This document shows, one piece after another, positions 50,601 to 55,504 of a stretch of 55,504 nucleotides of DNA. Made by a program: the position numbers and the translations under genes. Each line of letters begins with the position of its first letter. Position 1 is the first letter of the stretch. This DNA comes from Chitinophagaceae bacterium. Its GTDB lineage: Bacteria > Bacteroidota > Bacteroidia > Chitinophagales > Chitinophagaceae. The notes under the pieces were generated by a model. The model was given only the letters and a program-made list of their open reading frames with translations. It ran no database searches and was not told the origin of the DNA. The stretch spans positions 1 through 55,504 of the forward strand of contig JANYEP010000188.1 in assembly GCA_025363075.1 (NCBI GenBank), read 5' to 3'.

Positions 50601-53600
50601 AAATGGTAGATTCACCAACCCAAATGTTAAAGCATCTAAATGGGGAGGTTTAATGAGAGCCATTGACCAAACAGATTTTGAAAGCCAAAATTTTGAGTTT
50701 TTAGAGTTTTGGGTACAAGATCCATTTATTAACGACTCAGTAAGAACAGGTGGTAAATTGGTTTTCAACCTTGGAAATGTGAGTGAAGATATTTTAAAAG
50801 ACGGCAAGCGTTTTTATGAAAATGGAATGAATACACCAAACTCTCCATCAGCTGTTGACACTACTACCATCTGGGGCAAAACACCAGTTAATCCTATTCA
50901 GGTAACCAATGCTTTTAGCAACGACCCTAACGATAGAACCTATCAGGATGTGGGTTTTGATGGATTAACAGATGATGCAGAAAAAATAAAAAGAGCAGAT
51001 TATTTAAACACAATTAAAACGCTTTATGGAGTAAGTTCGCCTTTTTTCATAAAAGCAAATAATGACCCAAGTAATGACGATTATATTTGGTATAGAGATG
51101 CCTCATTTGATGCTAAACAAACTGGCATAAGGGAGCGTTATAGAAACTACAATAATCCACAAGGCAACTCACCAGTTGCAAGCTCAAGTAGCCAGTTCAC
51201 ATCTGCAACTACTTTATATCCAGACAATGAAGATTTAAACAGGGATAATACATTAAACGAAACTGAACAATATTTTGAGTATGATGTTGATATGGCCCCA
51301 CATATGGATGTAAACAACACAAAATACGTTACCGATAAAAGGGTGGTGAATGTAAAATATGCTGATGGACATACTGGTCAGGAAAATTGGCTTCTATTTA
51401 GAATTCCGATTAGAATTCCAGACAGCACGATTGGTAACATTCCAGACTTCAAATCTATACGTTTTATGAGAATGTATATGAAAGGCTGGCAAGATTCTAT
51501 TACACTTCGTTTTGCTCGTTTAGAAATGGTACGTAACCAATGGAGGGAATTTTCTTATGATGTAGATACTGCTGGAAATTATAAGCCTGTAAGTAGCAAT
51601 AGCACGCTTACTACACTTGCTGTTAACTTAGAAGAAAATAGTTCAAGAACACCAGTAAACTACGTTGTTCCTCCAGGCATTAAGCGTGTTCAACAATTGA
51701 GTAACAATGGCGTTAATCTTTTGCAAAATGAACAAGCATTATCTATTAGAGTTAAAGGCTTAGAACCACATAAAACTCGTGCTGTATTCAAGTCTTTAAA
51801 CAATATGGACTTAAGACAATATGGTTCATTAGATATGTTTGCCCACGTTGATTTTTTTGATAAAACATTTGAGGTAAAAGACGGCGATTTGAATTTAGTA
51901 ATAAGAATTGGGCAAGATTATTTAAGCAATTATTATGAAATAAAATACCCTTTAAGAGTAACCCAAGCAGGTAATTATAGCGATGCAACAGCAGACAAAG
52001 TGTGGCCAGATTCTAATAATTTGAACCTTACTATTCAAGATTTAATTTCAATGAAATTGAGGCGTAACCAAATTCCTGGGCAAGTTTTAAAGATGTATAG
52101 AGAACAAGTAGGGTATAAAACAATTAGTGTTTTTGGAAACCCTAATCTTGGTGAAGTAGCAGGAATAATGGTTGGGGTAGAACACTCAGGAAAAGAGCCT
52201 TATGATATTGGTGCAGAAGTTTGGATAAATGAACTAAGACTTAGCAACATTAATGAGCAAGGTGCTTATGCAGCTTTAGGTAGAGTGGATGTTACTTTAG
52301 CCGACCTTGGAAAAATTAGTGTATCAGCCAATATGCACACACAAGGTTTTGGTGGTATTGAGTCAAAAATTCAAGAACGCTCAAGAGACAATTTAAAACA
52401 ATTTGATGCAGCAATTAACATTGATTTAGGTAAATTGTTGCCAAAGAAAACAAAATTACATATCCCTGTTTATGCAAGCATTTCAAAAACCACACTTACA
52501 CCACAATACGACCCTTACGATAAAGACGTATTGTATTCACAAAAAATAAATTCAGCAAAATCGCAAGCTGCAAAAGATTCTATTAGGCTAATTTCTGAAG
52601 ATCAAACTACCATTAAAACCATCAATATTACTAATATGAAGGTTGATGCTCCTAAAAAAGTGAAGCTATGGAGTCCTAGTAATTTTGATGTTAGTTTATC
52701 TTACACACAAAACCTAAACACTAGCCCTACAGTTGCAGAAAACAAGGTAAATAAATATCGTGGGGCAATAGGTTATAGTTATAATAAAACAGCAAAATAC
52801 ATTGAACCATTTAAAAAAATAATCAAATCAAAAAGTAAGTGGTTGGGTTTAATAAAAGATTTTAATTTCAATCCAACGCCTTCATCTATTGGTGTTAGAA
52901 CAGATATTAATCGTCAATTTGGGCGTTTTATTCCTCGTATTGTAAATACAGATTTAACAAGCAAGCAAATTGATAGGGTTGATACTACCTACGACAAATA
53001 TTTTACATTCGATAGATTTTATAATGTTCGTTGGGATGTAACTCGCTCTATTAATTTAGACTTTAACGCAGTCAATAATGCTCGTGTAGATGAACCTAAT
53101 GGTGTGTTAGACACCAAAGCAAAACGTGATACTGTAAAAGACAATTTCTTCAAAGGTGGAAGAACTATTTTATACAATCAAGTTGCAAGTGCTAGTTATA
53201 CGCTACCACTTGCTAAATTCCCACTTACAGATTGGGTAACTGCAAGATATTCGTGGAAAGCAAATTACAATTGGATTGGTGCAAGCCTTGTTGCACCTAC
53301 GCTTGGTAATATTTTAGAAAATGGGCAAGACAATACAATGACTGGACAATTTGATTTGTCTAAGTTATATAATAAAAGTCGTTTCTTACGCAACTTAAAC
53401 AATCCATTGCCAAAGGGAATGAGTCCAACACCTATTAATGATTTGCTGAAAGATTTACCTAAAAAAGAAGATGTTATTAAGGGATTAACAGGCACAAAAA
53501 AAGATATAGCATTGGCAAAATGGAAGAAGCAACGAAAAGATGCAAAAGCATCTATGCGTATTCAAAAACAAAATCAGCAAATGGTAATTGGTGATGTGCC

Positions 53601-55023
53601 AAGAGCCTTGGGTAAATTGCTTACGATGCTCAAAACTGTGCAGGTAAATTATAGCGAAAACTATTCGAGCCGTGTGCCTGGATATTTAGATAGCACACAA
53701 CATTTTGGGCAAAATTTTAGAAGTATGCAACCTGGGCTTGACTATGTTTTTGGTAAACAACCAACTGCAAAATGGCTCGAAAGTAAAGCTGCTGCTGGAT
53801 TGTTTAGTGTTGATAGCAATTTCAATTTATTGTTTCGCCAAACGTATACACAAAAGTTCAGCATTACTGCACAGATAGAGCCTATTAAAGAGTTTATTGT
53901 TGATATTACCTTAGAAAAATCTTTCAATAAAGATTACACCGAATTATTTAAAGATACGACCTTCAACAATCAGTCAAATGCAAAGCAACATTTGAATCCT
54001 TATGCAGCAGGAGGTTTTAGTGTTTCGTACAATGCAATGAACACCTTGTTTACAAAAAGCGACCCAAATATTGTTTCAGAAACATTTAAACAGTTTGAGG
54101 CAAATCGTTCTGTTATTTCTCAAAGAGTTGCAGCAGCTAATCCTTATTGGAACGGTATCAGCCATAATGGTTTTGCCGATGGCTATGATAAACAAAGCCA
54201 AGATGTTTTAATACCAGCTTTCATTGCTGCATACACAAAACAAGACCCTCATAATGTGGCTCTCATTAAACAAAACAATGCCAACGTAAAAACAAATCCA
54301 TTTAGTGGTATTTTACCAAAACCTAACTGGAGACTGACTTACACAGGATTGAGCAAACTTCCTGCTTTGGCAAAAATATTTTCATCCATTCATATCAGCC
54401 ATCAATACAGTGGTACTTTGAGTATGAATAGTTACAGTAGTGCATTGGAATTTGCCGATCCATATCACTATGGTGCTCCAAAGTTTAGAACGAATGATAC
54501 TGGTAACTATGTTCCATTTTTCCTTGTTCCAAACTTAACCATCAGAGAGCAATTTCAACCATTATTTGGCATTGATATTACCACCACAAAACAATTGAAC
54601 TTAAAATTTGAGTACAAGAAAAGTAGAATATTAAGTTTGAGTTTAGTAGATTATCAATTGAGCGAAACAAGAGCAACAGAATGGACTTTTGGCGGAAGCT
54701 ACAGAAAAAAAGGAGCTAAACTTCCTAAGTTTTTAATGAAATTGCTAACCAAACAACCAACTTTGGCAAATGACTTAAGCTTTAAACTTGATCTTAGTTT
54801 TAGAGATGAGCAAACAAGCAACAGTAGGCTCGACCAACCAAATGCTTATGGTACAGGTGGGCAAAAAATAATTACCATTCAACCAGCAATTGATTATGTA
54901 GTGAACAATAGAATTAATGTAAAACTATTCTTCGATCAACGCAGAGTGGTACCTTATATTTCAACTTCTGCTCCTACAACCAGTACAAGAGCAGGATTTC
55001 AAATAAGAATATCTCTACAATAA
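47647..55023 (+). CDS. sprA: T9SS translocon SprA/Sov
   Basis: 2458 aa; NPTLPER, YDENRHF, IEVWVTN, YIDDFEG, GNVSEDILKDG, WINELR, LPKPNW; follows ruvA as is typical in Bacteroidota. Confidence 0.95.
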   Translation: MKNIIVKALGYVVVGTLFLCQSGFLFAQKTSSDSLHYPLNDRRGDKFTWKNKNSFNIGDTSILHQTIEYDVKTKRYYIVEKVGKQIYRKPTYLTFKEFYELQKKAQEADYFKLRADALWALNKRLPRPNPIVYPKFFDRTFGLGNVAPNAANTLNNVKAGADSAKNKLGTAAKNALLKPLIDIKPTGNVDILMGYQGQYTNNPTLPERARRTGGFDFDMNANVGINANIGDKLKLPINYNTLANFDYLNQIKLDYKGNDDEILKSIQAGNIGFETKGTLIKSATNLFGIKTQLQFGKLFVTAALATQKSQATSQTLQGGAAVTQFQKKLSDYDENRHFLVAQHFRKNYNDAMSKLPTIVSQIQIQRIEVWVTNRNGATIDARDIIAFSDLAEGQTGYVGNHNAPITPQNGQSAPDNKNNQLYNTLATNPNNRIPSQVTTNMTALNLQPVTDYEKTFARKLTASEYTFNGQLGTLSLNSQLLPDEVLAVAYEYSLNGRVYKVGEFSSEIALDTSAQRAGVQKMLFLKLLKATSARVQLPMWRLMMKNVYSLDMVGISREDFRLNILYNQPSGGLNRYLPESSPSTQGRPIISIIGLDRLNSRNDPQPDGQFDFVEGFTILSQYGRIILPKLEPFGADLDTLAFAGMADSTRKKYIYRQLYDTIKAIAQTYANFDRFVMQGQAKGTGGSEIYLGAFNIPQGSVRITAGGQILVEGSDYTIDYNLGSVKILNQAILNSGVPVKVSYENNANFGIQQKGFLGLRLDYKANKKLSFGATMERLNERPFFTKVGIGEDPVRNTIYGVDFSYKSDLPMLTKWLNKLPNYTSKAMSSITAYGEAAYFKPGHPPQIGSGGNGLVYIDDFEGTKSTLDLRFPLISWALASTPQGKPNQFPEANYTDSLPYNFNRSRIAWYNIEPTLQDKNSSSNPFHNNLKELSDPHVRQVYTNELFPQQTTNITNTVTSTFDLSFYPQEPGPYNFITDQNQINSNGRFTNPNVKASKWGGLMRAIDQTDFESQNFEFLEFWVQDPFINDSVRTGGKLVFNLGNVSEDILKDGKRFYENGMNTPNSPSAVDTTTIWGKTPVNPIQVTNAFSNDPNDRTYQDVGFDGLTDDAEKIKRADYLNTIKTLYGVSSPFFIKANNDPSNDDYIWYRDASFDAKQTGIRERYRNYNNPQGNSPVASSSSQFTSATTLYPDNEDLNRDNTLNETEQYFEYDVDMAPHMDVNNTKYVTDKRVVNVKYADGHTGQENWLLFRIPIRIPDSTIGNIPDFKSIRFMRMYMKGWQDSITLRFARLEMVRNQWREFSYDVDTAGNYKPVSSNSTLTTLAVNLEENSSRTPVNYVVPPGIKRVQQLSNNGVNLLQNEQALSIRVKGLEPHKTRAVFKSLNNMDLRQYGSLDMFAHVDFFDKTFEVKDGDLNLVIRIGQDYLSNYYEIKYPLRVTQAGNYSDATADKVWPDSNNLNLTIQDLISMKLRRNQIPGQVLKMYREQVGYKTISVFGNPNLGEVAGIMVGVEHSGKEPYDIGAEVWINELRLSNINEQGAYAALGRVDVTLADLGKISVSANMHTQGFGGIESKIQERSRDNLKQFDAAINIDLGKLLPKKTKLHIPVYASISKTTLTPQYDPYDKDVLYSQKINSAKSQAAKDSIRLISEDQTTIKTINITNMKVDAPKKVKLWSPSNFDVSLSYTQNLNTSPTVAENKVNKYRGAIGYSYNKTAKYIEPFKKIIKSKSKWLGLIKDFNFNPTPSSIGVRTDINRQFGRFIPRIVNTDLTSKQIDRVDTTYDKYFTFDRFYNVRWDVTRSINLDFNAVNNARVDEPNGVLDTKAKRDTVKDNFFKGGRTILYNQVASASYTLPLAKFPLTDWVTARYSWKANYNWIGASLVAPTLGNILENGQDNTMTGQFDLSKLYNKSRFLRNLNNPLPKGMSPTPINDLLKDLPKKEDVIKGLTGTKKDIALAKWKKQRKDAKASMRIQKQNQQMVIGDVPRALGKLLTMLKTVQVNYSENYSSRVPGYLDSTQHFGQNFRSMQPGLDYVFGKQPTAKWLESKAAAGLFSVDSNFNLLFRQTYTQKFSITAQIEPIKEFIVDITLEKSFNKDYTELFKDTTFNNQSNAKQHLNPYAAGGFSVSYNAMNTLFTKSDPNIVSETFKQFEANRSVISQRVAAANPYWNGISHNGFADGYDKQSQDVLIPAFIAAYTKQDPHNVALIKQNNANVKTNPFSGILPKPNWRLTYTGLSKLPALAKIFSSIHISHQYSGTLSMNSYSSALEFADPYHYGAPKFRTNDTGNYVPFFLVPNLTIREQFQPLFGIDITTTKQLNLKFEYKKSRILSLSLVDYQLSETRATEWTFGGSYRKKGAKLPKFLMKLLTKQPTLANDLSFKLDLSFRDEQTSNSRLDQPNAYGTGGQKIITIQPAIDYVVNNRINVKLFFDQRRVVPYISTSAPTTSTRAGFQIRISLQ

Positions 55024-55043
55024 CATTTTTGTACCGTTTATAC

Positions 55044-55087
55044 AAAACAGCCTCGAAAGCATTTAAGTTTTCGAGGCTGTTTTTTTT
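55044..55087 (+). terminator. Intrinsic terminator of sprA
   Basis: AAAACAGCCTCGAAA...TTTCGAGGCTGTTTTTTTT. Confidence 0.88.
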
Positions 55088-55153
55088 GGTGTTAATCTAT
55101 ATTATGATTTATTAGGTTGTACAAATTAAACCTCTGCGATAACTAAACTACAA

Positions 55154-55226
55154 GTCATTTCGACGATAGTAGAAATCTAACAACATTTTTTTATGATATT
55201 TTTCAGGTAAAACCTATCGAAATAAC
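55154..55226. repeat. Degenerate REP-like palindromic element remnant
   Basis: Left arm GTCATTTCGACGATAGTAGAAATCT; decayed right arm ATCGAAATAAC (cf. GTCGAAATGAC). Confidence 0.45.
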
Positions 55227-55285
55227 GAAACTTATTTCAATTATCGAAGTTGTCTATTGTGGTTTATACCTATAAGGTACAGTGT

Positions 55286-55327
55286 AAAAAAAAAGAGGTA
55301 ATAACTTTAAAATTATTACCTCTTTTT
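55286..55327 (-). terminator. Intrinsic terminator directly after rpoB
   Basis: AAAAAGAGGTAATAA...TTATTACCTCTTTTT with a 9-nt T run on the minus strand. Confidence 0.85.
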
Positions 55328-55347
55328 AGATCTATTTTATTTTTATC

Positions 55348-55504
55348 TTACTCAAACTTTAAATCTAAGCCTAAACCTCTTAACTCGTGAACCAACACAT
55401 TAAATGATTCTGGTACACCTGGTTTTGGAATATTATCGCCTTTTACAATTGCTTCATAAGTTTTTGCACGACCAATAATATCATCAGATTTAAGTGTCAA
55501 TAAT
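55348..55504 (-). CDS. rpoB: RNA polymerase beta subunit, C-terminal end (partial)
   Basis: Manual translation [50 protein letters not shown] is the canonical RpoB C-terminus. Confidence 0.96.
   Translation of the reverse strand, partial: LLTLKSDDIIGRAKTYEAIVKGDNIPKPGVPESFNVLVHELRGLGLDLKFE

Noticed and set aside
47028..55023. ruvA-sprA linkage as novel
   Set aside because: A commonly seen arrangement in Bacteroidota
1..55504. CRISPR array, IS element or rRNA
   Set aside because: No regularly spaced repeats, transposase ORF or rRNA-like segment seen; intergenic gaps are all short

Overview
AT-rich chromosomal window from a Bacteroidota genome, most like Chitinophagaceae: T9SS sprA, TAnnTT(T/C)G -7 promoters and A-rich non-SD starts. 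Most of it is housekeeping: tig, tRNA-Leu(TAG), phoH, tolC-family, PPIase, M16 pair, cphA, rsgA, type III pantothenate kinase, cobalamin riboswitch plus btuB, aroK, alaS, ruvA, sprA and the 3' end of rpoB. An accessory block spans about 15.5-24.7 kb. Best candidates for undescribed biology: (1) an AraC-headed operon YHS-DoxX-DinB-OM barrel-NRDE/Ntn hydrolase-membrane ATP-grasp ligase-LysE exporter with a 21-bp-periodic operator; (2) a signal-peptide-bearing dikinase with glucan-water-dikinase-like domain order; (3) a tightly abutting SET methyltransferase + Ddl-like ATP-grasp pair, whose ATP-grasp gene is missing from the ORF track; (4) a lone KAP NTPase. Other oddities are rpoB terminated without rpoC behind it, alaS with in-frame insertions and heptamer repeats, and a GT4 with degenerate catalytic motifs. 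No CRISPR, integrase or prophage was seen. All family calls come from motif recognition by eye, with no database search.
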